Source: a virus. From it: a stretch of 64,000 nucleotides of DNA. The notes under the pieces were generated by a model. That model was given only the letters and a program-made list of their open reading frames with translations, was not told where the DNA came from and ran no database searches. Positions 1 through 9,308 of this stretch are shown here, one piece after another. The position numbers and the translations under genes were made by a program. The first letter of the stretch is position 1; each line of letters begins with the position of its first letter. The stretch covers positions 32,001 to 96,000 of IMG/VR virus record IMGVR_UViG_3300027741_000022; one strand, written 5' to 3'.

Positions 1-644
1 AGCCAATATTTGAACACATAGTTTGCTTTTTTTGTATTTCTGTTTATATGCTCTTCTTTTATATCCCAGTCTTTTGTTGATTCTCTTTTAACTGGTATTA
101 ACTGCGCTATTGGCAATTCTTTTGTTATTGTTATTTGTTTGTCGTTAGCATCACAGATTAAATTTATCCATATATCATAATGCATCCAATCTGTTTCCAA
201 AATTGCTTCCATCACATGGTAATCTGTCCTTGGAAAATTTATCGGGCTTCTTATTTGTAAGCAATATCCTGGTGGTGTTTCAAAAATAAGACCTGTCCAT
301 ATTTGAACTACGTTTTGTTCGGCAGCTCCCCAGGTGAATTTTGTCCTACCTGTGTCCGGCATACACCACTTTTCCACAACAGATTTATCAGAAGGTTTAA
401 CCAAAGATTTAATTGTAGCGTAATCTTCGTTTGAATATTTTTCTGTATCATAAATAAATCTATTCCCATCGTATACAAAATGCATGTCCACAGGAGGATA
501 CAACCAAAAACCGAATTGATTTGCGGATGTGTATGGTCCACACCATTTAACCGCAGCTTCGTTTGCGGTTCCCAAACAAGTTTTCTCGGCTTGTTTTATT
601 TTGCAAGCTTGGGAATGAACTCTCCAAACATTGAGATTATTCAT
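1..644 (-). CDS. DUF6065-family protein (dUTPase-like fold), 3'-truncated by window edge
   Basis: Not in the ORF track because it has no stop in the window. Hand translation gives MNNLNVWRV...WCGPYTSANQFGFWLYPPVD...QIWTGLIFETPPGYCLQIRSPINFP...MEAILETDW. Alternative start at 668. Confidence 0.65.
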   Translation of the reverse strand, partial: MNNLNVWRVHSQACKIKQAEKTCLGTANEAAVKWCGPYTSANQFGFWLYPPVDMHFVYDGNRFIYDTEKYSNEDYATIKSLVKPSDKSVVEKWCMPDTGRTKFTWGAAEQNVVQIWTGLIFETPPGYCLQIRSPINFPRTDYHVMEAILETDWMHYDIWINLICDANDKQITITKELPIAQLIPVKRESTKDWDIKEEHINRNTKKANYVFKYW

Positions 645-715
645 GTAATTTCTCAGAGGGTTGATCATAGTTTACAGAGATTGTATAATTGAATCCAACT
701 AGGGAATTAAAAATT

Positions 716-1786
716 ATGATAATTGACCAAGAAACAAAGCTAGATTTCGATCATGTGAGAATTGTGCCACAGAGAACTACTCTCGAAAGCAGAAGCGAAG
801 TCTCACTTGAGAGAAATTTTAAGTTTTACCACAGTCCCAGAACTTGGAGTGGAATACCAATAATTTGTTCCAATATGGTTCCTTTGACATCAAAAAAAAT
901 GGCTGTCAAGCTTGCTGAGCATAAAATTGTGACCGCTCTGCATAAGTATTATAAGACTGATGAATTGACAAATATAATTAAAGCTGCTGGAGTCGATTAT
1001 GCTTGGGTTAGTATTGGTAAGTCTGATGAAGATATAAATAAATTAAAAGAAATTAAAGAAATAATTGGCACTTCTCCCAACATTGTGATAGATGTTCCCA
1101 ATGGCTATATGGAAAGTTTTGTTAAATTTTGTGAAAAGGTGAGAAATGAATTCCCGGAAAGCATAATTTGTGCTGGTAATGTCACCACTCCCGAAATTTG
1201 CGAAGAGCTTGTTATTCATGGTAAGGTTGATATTTGTAAGATTCAAATAGGACCAGGTTCTCAATGCGAAACCAGAAAAATGACTGGTGTTGGTTATGGA
1301 ACATTTTCATGTGTCTCAGAGTGTGCCCATGCCGCCCACGGGCTAAGAGCTGCTTCTGGTAGGTTGGGACTAATAATGAGCGATGGAGGCTGTAAAGACC
1401 CAGGAGACATTTGTAAAGCAATTTGTGGAGGAGCTGATTGGGTCATGATAGGTGGAATGTTTGCAGGAACTGATGAGTGTGAGGGCGAATGGGAGTATGA
1501 ATACGAACCCAACGCAGAATTTAATCTGAACAACTCATCTTGCACTAAAAAAACTTATCTTACTTTTTATGGAATGAGTAGTCATTATGCTCAAGAAAAA
1601 CACGGAGTTGGTAAGAAAAAATATAGAGCATCAGAAGGAAAGATTTCTAAAATTCCTTACAAGGGACCAGTAGAAGATGCTGTTCAAGAAATACTTGGTG
1701 GAATAAGAAGCTGCGGTGCGTACATTGGCGCAAAGCACCTAAAAGATTTCAGTAAATGTGCAAAGTTTGTCAAGATAGCCAGGTAA
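716..1786 (+). CDS. guaC: GMP reductase (IMPDH/GMPR family)
   Basis: Motifs IICSNM, IDVPNG, AGNVTT, catalytic loop QIGPGSQCETR, SDGG, VMIGGMFAG; no CBS domains. Start could be 689. Confidence 0.9.
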   Translation: MIIDQETKLDFDHVRIVPQRTTLESRSEVSLERNFKFYHSPRTWSGIPIICSNMVPLTSKKMAVKLAEHKIVTALHKYYKTDELTNIIKAAGVDYAWVSIGKSDEDINKLKEIKEIIGTSPNIVIDVPNGYMESFVKFCEKVRNEFPESIICAGNVTTPEICEELVIHGKVDICKIQIGPGSQCETRKMTGVGYGTFSCVSECAHAAHGLRAASGRLGLIMSDGGCKDPGDICKAICGGADWVMIGGMFAGTDECEGEWEYEYEPNAEFNLNNSSCTKKTYLTFYGMSSHYAQEKHGVGKKKYRASEGKISKIPYKGPVEDAVQEILGGIRSCGAYIGAKHLKDFSKCAKFVKIAR

Positions 1787-1788
1787 TT

Positions 1789-2499
1789 ATGAGTAATGCA
1801 GTTGTTTATTTATTAAACAATAATAATGTCTATTTAAAAATGGCTTCTAATAGCATTTCTATGCTTAGAAGTTTTAATGATAAAATCAAAATAGTTTGTT
1901 TGTGTACCTCAAAAATAAATCTACCAGAGTCTCTAGATGTAGAATTGATTGAGGTCAAGGACATAGATCCTGAATATATTCATGTCAACAGACAACATAT
2001 GGGCAGTCTTGAATTTGAAAATATCCTATACATTGATAGTGATACCTTTATTTTTGATGATGTTCAAAAAATATTTGATTACTATCAAAAAGATTTTGTT
2101 GGCTGTGAAAATAGTTGGGCATATAAACAGAACTTTAATTTGTTTAAGCCGACCAACGGTGGCGTTCTTTTATTTAAAAATTTTGCTCACAAAAAAATAT
2201 ACGAAGACTTTAGTTATAAGCTAAAGTATATGAATATTCTCTACAAAGATATTTGGGATTGGATGGTCTCTATCAATAACACATACGTCAGAGAAGAATT
2301 TTTAATAAGCAAGATAGTAGAAGAAGAAAAAATAAATAGATGTTTTTTTGAAAAACAACATGTTAAAATTCCTGAAGAACACAAGGATGTTAAAAACATC
2401 AACACAATAATATTTCATACATTTACAAGCAATTGGTCCATTGTAAATAGAGAAGTTTTTGGAATTAAAATCAAAAAAATAAAACCTAGATTAGTTTGA
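1789..2499 (+). CDS. GT-A glycosyltransferase (GT8-like)
   Basis: DxD motif YIDSDT, NGGVLLF and a C-terminal IFH motif. Confidence 0.65.
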   Translation: MSNAVVYLLNNNNVYLKMASNSISMLRSFNDKIKIVCLCTSKINLPESLDVELIEVKDIDPEYIHVNRQHMGSLEFENILYIDSDTFIFDDVQKIFDYYQKDFVGCENSWAYKQNFNLFKPTNGGVLLFKNFAHKKIYEDFSYKLKYMNILYKDIWDWMVSINNTYVREEFLISKIVEEEKINRCFFEKQHVKIPEEHKDVKNINTIIFHTFTSNWSIVNREVFGIKIKKIKPRLV

Positions 2500-2851
2500 T
2501 GCCAAGCTTTTCTCTCCAAATTTTTGCATCTTCTACTATGTTTGGATTGTGTTTTGTCCAATTTTTTAAATGCCCGAAAAATAAATGACAATTAAAGCTT
2601 CCTTCACATAATGTGATAAGATTGTCCCCGTCCAGTTCCTTTTCTGGGTCTGTGTGGAATGGCAATATATGGTGTGGAACTAAATCTTTAGTGTTTCCAC
2701 AAATCATACAAAAAGGCTGTTTTTTTAGATGCTCTTCTCTGGTTTTTTTCCATTTCGAGGATCTTGGCAGCCCCAAGATTTGTATTTCTTCGAAAGATAA
2801 ACTGCTTATTTTATTGTCAAAAATGAATAGTTTTTTTATAACACCCCACAT
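2486..2851 (-). CDS. HNH endonuclease
   Basis: RSSKW...CMICG...HHILPFH...NLITLC...CHLFFGH. Confidence 0.8.
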   Translation of the reverse strand: MWGVIKKLFIFDNKISSLSFEEIQILGLPRSSKWKKTREEHLKKQPFCMICGNTKDLVPHHILPFHTDPEKELDGDNLITLCEGSFNCHLFFGHLKNWTKHNPNIVEDAKIWREKLGIKLI

Positions 2852-2863
2852 AGATATATCTAT
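2850..2863. promoter_or_regulatory. Palindromic putative bidirectional late promoter
   Basis: 14-bp palindrome ATAGATATATCTAT between divergent ATGs at 2851(-) and 2865(+); gives TAGATA on both strands. Confidence 0.45.
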
Positions 2864-2864
2864 C

Positions 2865-3896
2865 ATGAATTTTAAACTATTTTTTGAAATATTCGGCGCA
2901 TTTAATTATTTTGTTCCACCGGATAAAGAAAAGCAAATGTATGACTTTTATATGCTTGCTAACCTTAGAGGTGTTGCAAATAAAAGAAGCGCGACTCAAT
3001 TTGGTGGAGTAGCTGGTGTTAAGCCGTTTTATGAACCTGGAGATTTTGAACCAGGAAATCTTGAAAGTGACGAAAAACAAGCAGATTATATGCTTGAAGA
3101 AGTTTCTGATAAACTTCTTCCTTATTTGAAAAAAGAGTTTTTATCTGTTTTACTTCAAAGTGTTGCGGGTGAAGTTAAAGACGCTCTTTATTTCAACGAG
3201 CTATATATCTTGCAGTTGTTAATGCAAAAAGAAAGCCCTCAGGAATCAGAAGCCTTCTCTGATTTTGTAGATGAGTTGGCGTCAACTATGCACCCTTCAA
3301 ACGATGATTCATTTGATTTTTATGGTGATAATAAAGATACCTACCGAAACAAAAAATGGTCAGATAGTGATATTAAAAGTATCTCAGACGAAGATGATTA
3401 TCAAAATTGGCATAAAAGAAGATTCGGTCATGAGCACCAGCATGTTAAATATCAAAGAGACATAGACAGCGCCTCTGTTTTAAAAATTGCTATGAAATAC
3501 TTCAGCAAACATTCATTCATGAGAATAGCAAAAATTTTATTTCTAAAAGCGGATTGGAATGAAAGTTATGGCGGTAAAAGCTGGGCTGATATAGCTGATG
3601 CTTATGGAAGGCTTGACTCTGCAACAAACAAAAATCAACTTATAGTCGCTATAGATCATGTTTATGACTTACAGCACAACAATGGCTCCGTATTTACAAA
3701 AAATTCTGATTATGCTAAAAAGACAACCGTCATATCTTCTATGGGTTATAAATCAGAAAAATTAGATTTTAGTTGGATACAAAAAGCCCTAGATTTTAAG
3801 AGAGATTTAAAGTCTATGACAGAGTTATTAGACAAAGTTTCTCCCCAAATGAAAAAACTAGCGGCAAGAGTTATAAAGATTAAAGGCATGTCGTAA
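2865..3896 (+). CDS. Hypothetical protein, putative virion-internal; paralog of 18096..18671
   Basis: Starts MNFKLFFE after TAGATA. The track's 84-aa extension is the antisense of the HNH gene. Shares W..[IL]AD....L.......L...ID......HN.G with 18096. Confidence 0.6.
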   Translation: MNFKLFFEIFGAFNYFVPPDKEKQMYDFYMLANLRGVANKRSATQFGGVAGVKPFYEPGDFEPGNLESDEKQADYMLEEVSDKLLPYLKKEFLSVLLQSVAGEVKDALYFNELYILQLLMQKESPQESEAFSDFVDELASTMHPSNDDSFDFYGDNKDTYRNKKWSDSDIKSISDEDDYQNWHKRRFGHEHQHVKYQRDIDSASVLKIAMKYFSKHSFMRIAKILFLKADWNESYGGKSWADIADAYGRLDSATNKNQLIVAIDHVYDLQHNNGSVFTKNSDYAKKTTVISSMGYKSEKLDFSWIQKALDFKRDLKSMTELLDKVSPQMKKLAARVIKIKGMS

Positions 3897-3904
3897 AAAA
3901 GAAG

Positions 3905-3927
3905 AAGCCCACCTAAAAGATGGGCTT
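3905..3927. terminator. Hairpin between convergent genes
   Basis: AAGCCCA-9nt-TGGGCTT between the stop at 3896(+) and the stop at 3942(-). Confidence 0.5.
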
Positions 3928-3941
3928 TACATTCTTCTTTT

Positions 3942-4142
3942 TCATTTTTTAATTGATACTACTTTGACATTATCGTCTCCTATTGATAATATCTTGTATT
4001 TTTTCATTACATTACCCTTCATGACGAAAGCAGCAATATTTCCATTTGCTGGCCAAGGTAATTTTTCATTTATTCTTGATATGTAATACACTTCATTTTC
4101 ATCGTCTTCGCTAAAATCAATAATTTCTAAATTTTTGTTCAT
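3942..4142 (-). CDS. Hypothetical protein
   Basis: ATG preceded by the SD AAGGAGGA. Confidence 0.6.
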   Translation of the reverse strand: MNKNLEIIDFSEDDENEVYYISRINEKLPWPANGNIAAFVMKGNVMKKYKILSIGDDNVKVVSIKK

Positions 4143-4273
4143 AGTTCTTCCTCCTTGAAAGTTTGAACACAAATATATTTATTATTCTCGCTAACATATT
4201 TAAAAAATAATAAAAACAATTATGTATTTTGAAATTTTTGTGGTATATATTATTGTCAAATTTGGAGTTAAAA

Positions 4274-4618
4274 ATGAAAAAAAATAAAGATATTTTGAAA
4301 CTAAGTGGCGTTACCGAAAAAGAAACTCTTAAGAGTTTTGCCAATAAAAGAAAATCTTCTGCCATGGCGATTGTTATGGCAGCAAAAGAAAAGGGAGGCA
4401 TAGCTGTATTAACCCAAAAGCATTTTGAGGTTAAATTGCCGATATACGACAAAGCTTTTAAGTCTTTTGATAAAGAAGAAGTCAAAAAACAATATAAAGC
4501 CTTGGTAGAAGAATTGAGCTCCAAAGATGTAGAAAATATGAAGCAAATTGATTTTCAAATGCTTGTTGGCAAAATAGAAGTTACTGGGGAGCTTTTAATT
4601 AAAAGCGAAGACGAGTAA
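4274..4618 (+). CDS. Hypothetical protein
   Basis: ATG after the SD GGAG; basic helical protein. Confidence 0.6.
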   Translation: MKKNKDILKLSGVTEKETLKSFANKRKSSAMAIVMAAKEKGGIAVLTQKHFEVKLPIYDKAFKSFDKEEVKKQYKALVEELSSKDVENMKQIDFQMLVGKIEVTGELLIKSEDE

Positions 4619-5011
4619 TCACTTTAAGTTTTTTAGTTTGTATAAAGTTCTATAAGTTAAAGCCACTACTTCATCTAATATATTTTTAAGATGACTGTCT
4701 GATTCTTTTAAAGAATCTCTTCCTGTTATAAATATTTTTGCTGCATCTTCAAGATATTCTACTATATCTTCGATTGGTGAAACTTGAATACCTTCATATC
4801 CAGTGAGTATTCCATATTCACCTTGCCATGTTTCTACAAAAGTGTCAATAAATTCAAGCAAATCATCATAATAAGAGTTTAAAGCTTTATGAGCACTGTA
4901 GCTCTTTGTTTGTAGATGAAAATTATGGCTTGTTTGACGAACTTCAAACATTTTCTCTACAAGCTTTTTTACGCTTTTTGCATCTTTATAATCTTTTAAA
5001 CTCATTACCAT
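4619..5011 (-). CDS. DUF5856-family ferritin/Dps-like protein
   Basis: RQTSHNFHLQTKSYSAHKAL..YYD.L...D.FVE..QG.YG pattern. Confidence 0.75.
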   Translation of the reverse strand: MVMSLKDYKDAKSVKKLVEKMFEVRQTSHNFHLQTKSYSAHKALNSYYDDLLEFIDTFVETWQGEYGILTGYEGIQVSPIEDIVEYLEDAAKIFITGRDSLKESDSHLKNILDEVVALTYRTLYKLKNLK

Positions 5012-5076
5012 AGTAGACCTTTCTTCAAAATATATAGATTAAAAGAGTTGATTTCGTTTAATTTTTGGATATAATT

Positions 5077-5427
5077 ATGTGCATGAAATGCCCTATATGT
5101 CATCAAAAATCCGATTTGTTTGTAACTTCTCATAAGAACAAGCCTTTTGTGGATAATAAACTTTATCCAAAAATATGCTTCACTTGTTTTTCTGCTCCAA
5201 AAACCACACTACAGAAATATAAAGAAGATGGATCTTTAAAAGAAGAAATAGAGTTAGAGTATTCTGTTGAGAACTTGCACTCTGCCAGAGAACTTTTTGA
5301 AGCTGGTTCTGCAGACAACCTAAATCAAGCTAAAAATTGCGTAAAAGCTATAAAAGAACTCCAGGTAGAATCAAATAAAAATATTTTAAAGAAAACTAAG
5401 CCTAAAATGGAATTATACTTGAATTGA
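5077..5427 (+). CDS. Hypothetical protein with CxxC...CxxC zinc motif
   Basis: CPIC and CFTC. Confidence 0.55.
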   Translation: MCMKCPICHQKSDLFVTSHKNKPFVDNKLYPKICFTCFSAPKTTLQKYKEDGSLKEEIELEYSVENLHSARELFEAGSADNLNQAKNCVKAIKELQVESNKNILKKTKPKMELYLN

Positions 5428-5445
5428 AAGTTTCTCGGTTTGTTT

Positions 5446-5463
5446 GTTTCTTCCCGGTACGCT
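5446..5463 (+). promoter_or_regulatory. Dispersed 18-bp promoter-like motif, copy 1
   Basis: GTTTCTTCCCGGTACGCT. Confidence 0.7.
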
Positions 5464-5485
5464 ACTGTTCTGGCAAGCTGGGTAG

Positions 5486-5514
5486 TTGACAAGTCTGGTT
5501 TGCTATGCTACGAT
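5486..5514 (+). promoter_or_regulatory. Sigma-70-type promoter
   Basis: TTGACA-N17-TACGAT with extended -10 TG. Confidence 0.7.
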
Positions 5515-5578
5515 TGGTGGATTGGTCGGATATTCTAAATATTATAATCGGATTTTACAGAAAAAGTTAACCCGAGAA

Positions 5579-5596
5579 GTTTCTTCTCGGTACGAT
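5579..5596 (+). promoter_or_regulatory. Dispersed 18-bp motif, copy 2
   Basis: GTTTCTTCTCGGTACGAT, 44 nt before the 5641 start. Confidence 0.7.
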
Positions 5597-5640
5597 GTGC
5601 TTCTGCGACAGCCCATAGACTGCTATAGAAGGAGAGATTC

Positions 5641-6735
5641 TTGATACCCCAGCAAGAGAGTATTTTTTTCCAAAAAGGAACAACACCAGACTCAGACAAG
5701 CTTAAAAAGTTCAAAAGACTTGTAGATCCTGAGTGCGAAGAGTCTCCATTTAATAAATTTGTAGGAAACAGAAAAGCTATCTCTAAACTTTCTGTAGTGG
5801 CTTTTAATGCCCTTCAAAGATACAACCATGTGTGCAGTGACATTTCTTTTGCTTTAACTGGACCTGCAAGTAGTGGAAAAACAACTCTTGTTAGACTGTT
5901 TGCCGAAATTTTAAAGCTACCACTTGCTGAGATTAGTCCGAAAAGCTTGGGTTCTCTTGATGATCTAATGCAACAGATTGCTGACGCGGCAGAAGAAAAG
6001 AATGTTCCTCTTGTTGAGTGTGGTGACGAGTTTTACGTTCTACCTCCATGTATCATTTTCATAGATGAGGTTCATGCTCTTAAAAACAGCATCGTTCAAG
6101 GACTGTTGAAAGCCACAGAGCCTAAAGATGCACAGCTTGTAACTGAATCTGGTTTGAAAGTAAATTGTTTTAATGCTTGTTGGATTATTGCCACAACAGA
6201 TATTGGCAAGGTCTTCGACGCATTCAGATCAAGATTCAGCACTATTGAATTAAAGTATTTGAGCAAAAAAGATATCTCCAAGATTGTTAAGAGTAACTTC
6301 CCTCAATTAGATGAGGAAGCCTGTGATTTAATTGCTCACTACAACCCTCAGATTCCGAGAAAAGCACTAGAGTTTGCAAGGTATGTTATTCTTTATGGAA
6401 ACATGGAGAAAGAAGGATCGTGGGAAGAAATTTGCGAAAAGGTTGCGGAAAACGAAGGAATTGACAAATATGGAATGCATGAGTCAAGTCTCGCTCTATT
6501 GAAGGTTTTGTCTAAACACAAAACTGTTCCGATGAAGAGAATTCCTTATTTTTTGAATAAAAAGATTGAAGAGATTGAAAATTATATCCTGCCGTGCCTG
6601 GTGAGCGATACTGATGAACAACCTTCTTTGGTTTCCGTAACACCAAGAGGTCTTTGTTTAACCGAAGCTGGTATGCAAGAATTAATTAAGAGAGATTTGA
6701 TTGAAGAGTCCGACATCATGGAGGAAATAGCTTGA
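5641..6735 (+). CDS. ruvB: RuvB-like AAA+ ATPase (Holliday junction branch-migration helicase family)
   Basis: GPASSGKT, IFIDEVH, IATT...FRSRF, PRKA and a C-terminal winged helix ending VTPRGLCLT, colinear with RuvB; TTG start with the SD AAGGAG. Confidence 0.7.
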   Translation: MIPQQESIFFQKGTTPDSDKLKKFKRLVDPECEESPFNKFVGNRKAISKLSVVAFNALQRYNHVCSDISFALTGPASSGKTTLVRLFAEILKLPLAEISPKSLGSLDDLMQQIADAAEEKNVPLVECGDEFYVLPPCIIFIDEVHALKNSIVQGLLKATEPKDAQLVTESGLKVNCFNACWIIATTDIGKVFDAFRSRFSTIELKYLSKKDISKIVKSNFPQLDEEACDLIAHYNPQIPRKALEFARYVILYGNMEKEGSWEEICEKVAENEGIDKYGMHESSLALLKVLSKHKTVPMKRIPYFLNKKIEEIENYILPCLVSDTDEQPSLVSVTPRGLCLTEAGMQELIKRDLIEESDIMEEIA

Positions 6736-6896
6736 AAAAATTCGACATTGGAGAAGTTGTGGTAGATTTAAAAACCGGTGAGATGGGCATCGTGTTTGAT
6801 TCAGAAATTGGATGCAATGCAGTTTTGGTAAATGTTGACGGTGAATTACAGGTATGGTTGCATAAAAACATTGACAAATATATTATTAATGCATAA
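6732..6896 (+). CDS. Small SH3/KOW-like protein
   Basis: Hand-found 54-aa ORF MKKFDIGEVVVDLKTGEMGIV..., overlapping the upstream stop (TTGA). Confidence 0.55.
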   Translation: MKKFDIGEVVVDLKTGEMGIVFDSEIGCNAVLVNVDGELQVWLHKNIDKYIINA

Positions 6897-6903
6897 ATAA
6901 TGT

Positions 6904-7080
6904 ATGCAGAACATTAGTTTTAAAAAATGGCTTGAAACAGCCGGTTCATTTGGAATTGTTTCTTGCAAAGATTTAAATAATCCAAATTTTCAAATTTGGG
7001 GCGCATTATCTGACCTTAATTGTAAAAGATCAAATAAAAAGCACAAACAACAAAGACGGTTGACTAGAAGTAAAAAATGA
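6904..7080 (+). CDS. Small basic protein with capsid-targeting-like N-terminus
   Basis: Hand-found 58-aa ORF MQNISFKKWLETAG..., with TAAATA 4 nt upstream. Confidence 0.55.
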   Translation: MQNISFKKWLETAGSFGIVSCKDLNNPNFQIWGALSDLNCKRSNKKHKQQRRLTRSKK

Positions 7081-7117
7081 TTATATTTCTCCTGTTAATT
7101 CCACAGGAGAAATTTCT

Positions 7118-7402
7118 ATGTCTTCCCCGATGATTGAAGGTGTCCTTCTTTGTAAAAAGAAAAAGTATAGACCAAACACAGCGCTTGCTGTTGTTGCTGT
7201 TATGATGTGTGGAAGAGATTTGTCCACAAACGAAGAGCTTTTGAGTTATTGTGATGGTTGGATTGAAGAATTTGGTGCTCCGACATATAAAAAGATTTTG
7301 ACTTTTGCGAAAAATCTAGGTTACATTAGAGAAATATCCGAGATATCTTTAAACTTAAATTGGAAAGAAAGACCCGATGGAATGCCAGACGGATTTGTCT
7401 GA
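7118..7402 (+). CDS. Hypothetical protein
   Basis: SD AGGAG; ORF tiles with its neighbours. Confidence 0.6.
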   Translation: MSSPMIEGVLLCKKKKYRPNTALAVVAVMMCGRDLSTNEELLSYCDGWIEEFGAPTYKKILTFAKNLGYIREISEISLNLNWKERPDGMPDGFV

Positions 7403-8621
7403 TAAGAATATTCACGTTTTTTATATTCAAAGATTGAATGGAAAAAACACAAATATATCTAAGATTGAAGAACAGGTAGACTTTATTGTAGAAAAATCTG
7501 TAAAGTCTTCTTCTGGTTTTTCCTTCTTGGAAAAAGTAAAAATACTTGATGGTAAAAAAACAAAAGAAGGGCTTTGGCTGTATAAGTATGAGATTTCTTT
7601 CAAATACAATAGAAAGCAATCAAGCCTTGAAGAGTTAAAGGCAGCCTTGTCTGAGAAAATTTCTTTTTATTGCAATTATTCTTCTTTTGGAAAGTTTCCT
7701 TGGTCAATCACAACTAAGGATAATAAAATTGAGTTTTCTGAAGAACCTGAAAAAGAAGAAGAATCATCCCATCATTTAAATATCGAAGATATCAAACACA
7801 TAGCTCCAGGCGAAGCTGATGTGCCTGATTGGGAAGATTTAAGTTTTCCAGAACAGTTATTGTATGATGATCGTCTTTTATCTAATCACGAATCCTTTAA
7901 AAACATTTATGGTTTAAACGCTCAAATAAGAACAATATTATCTAGTGTTAAATCTGCCATAGATACAAAAGGACACAGAAGAAATCACACTGTTTTATGG
8001 GGAAAGCCCGCTTGTGGCAAAACACAGGTTATGCTTGCTCTTGAGAACCTTTTGGGTCCGAATTCCGTACTGAGATTGGACGCTACCAGCACCACAAGAG
8101 CTGGGCTTGAAAAGCTTTTCTTTAAAGATCTTGTGAAGATACCACCAATTGTTGTTTGTGAAGAAATGGAAAAAGCCAAAGAAGAATGGCTTCAAATCTG
8201 GCTCGGAGCCTTGGACGATCGCGGCGAGATAAGAAAAATCAACTTCCGCACTTGCCTCGTTCGTGAAGTTCGTATATTATTCATTTGTACGGTTAACGAT
8301 AAGAATCTTTTCGACAAAATGATGGGTGGTGACGGTTCAAGTAAACCTGGAGCCCTAAGTTCCAGATGTGTTAATGATGTTTACTTTCCCAGACCAGATA
8401 TAAATATTTTGAAATCTATTTTGAAGAAAGATATTCTTTCAAAAGGCGGCAGATTAGAATACATCGAGCCTTGTATACAATTGTCTGAAAAACTCAATAT
8501 TAATGATCCAAGAAAGGTTTTAAGCTTTCTTTCTGGTGGTGAAAGACTTTTGACTGGTGAGTATCAAAAAGATTTGCTTGATATATTTGAATCTCAATCT
8601 ATAGGAGGAGACGAAGATTAA
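7377..8621 (+). CDS. AAA+ ATPase
   Basis: Walker A GKPACGKT, Walker B-like VVCEEMEK, arginine finger LSSR, PRKV. Confidence 0.75.
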   Translation: MECQTDLSDKNIHVFYIQRLNGKNTNISKIEEQVDFIVEKSVKSSSGFSFLEKVKILDGKKTKEGLWLYKYEISFKYNRKQSSLEELKAALSEKISFYCNYSSFGKFPWSITTKDNKIEFSEEPEKEEESSHHLNIEDIKHIAPGEADVPDWEDLSFPEQLLYDDRLLSNHESFKNIYGLNAQIRTILSSVKSAIDTKGHRRNHTVLWGKPACGKTQVMLALENLLGPNSVLRLDATSTTRAGLEKLFFKDLVKIPPIVVCEEMEKAKEEWLQIWLGALDDRGEIRKINFRTCLVREVRILFICTVNDKNLFDKMMGGDGSSKPGALSSRCVNDVYFPRPDINILKSILKKDILSKGGRLEYIEPCIQLSEKLNINDPRKVLSFLSGGERLLTGEYQKDLLDIFESQSIGGDED

Positions 8622-8717
8622 AACGTAAAAATTAAGGGTTCTTTTTCTCAACTTGTTTAACTAAAACGGAACTTTTAGTTATTTTAATTTAATGGATTCT
8701 TTGGAAAGGTTTGAAAT

Positions 8718-9056
8718 ATGATTAACAGAAATTACAAGGCTAAGGACGATTACAAGAGTCGGGATGATTACAAGAGTCGTGATGATTTTTATACTCGTGA
8801 AAAGATGCCAGCTTTTCAGCTTCATAAATTTCAGAGTGAATTTAATTTGAGTATGAATAAGGAAATGGCAAAAGTTCTTTCTTATGCTTTACAAAAGCAT
8901 GAGCAAATTACACAAGATCATGGAAAGAGTGTTCCTACTTGCTTATATGCTCTTTTAAGCAAACTTGAGGATGTTCAAAAGCCTCGAAATTATGATGAAT
9001 ATGATAATAAAGAGTCGCAAGATGATTATGAAGATTCTTGCGAATATAGAAGCTAA
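8718..9056 (+). CDS. Hypothetical protein with an N-terminal 18-bp tandem repeat (DDYKSR)
   Basis: SD GGAAAGG; about 3 repeat units at 8745-8798. Confidence 0.6.
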   Translation: MINRNYKAKDDYKSRDDYKSRDDFYTREKMPAFQLHKFQSEFNLSMNKEMAKVLSYALQKHEQITQDHGKSVPTCLYALLSKLEDVQKPRNYDEYDNKESQDDYEDSCEYRS

Positions 9057-9067
9057 TTCTAGCCGTC

Positions 9068-9107
9068 CCAGTCTCCGTCAAGCACTAAAAATCTTGACGG
9101 AGACTGG
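9068..9107. repeat. Perfect 15-bp inverted repeat
   Basis: CCAGTCTCCGTCAAG-10nt-CTTGACGGAGACTGG with no U-tract on either side. Confidence 0.8.
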
Positions 9108-9186
9108 AAAGCTGGATAACTTATGATGATTGGATAATCGTATTATTTATAGAAAAATTTATCCAAAAATTTTTTGAATTTTTTAG

Positions 9187-9214
9187 TTGACTTTTTCTTT
9201 GCGGCGGATATGAT
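9187..9214 (+). promoter_or_regulatory. Sigma-70-type promoter
   Basis: TTGACT-N16-TATGAT. Confidence 0.5.
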
Positions 9215-9243
9215 CGCCCATCGCACGGGGGAATAAGCCCCTT

Positions 9244-9261
9244 GTTTCTTCGTGGTACGCT
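9244..9261 (+). promoter_or_regulatory. Dispersed 18-bp motif, copy 3
   Basis: GTTTCTTCGTGGTACGCT, 47 nt before the ATG at 9309. Confidence 0.75.
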
Positions 9262-9308
9262 CATAAGGCGTAGTCATTTTCGTAGTCCAATAACAATAGG
9301 AGATTCTT

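Noticed and set aside
8745-8798. DDYK repeat resembling a FLAG tag (synthetic contamination)
   Set aside because: It is not DYKDDDDK and is a degenerate natural 18-bp tandem repeat with no vector sequence nearby.
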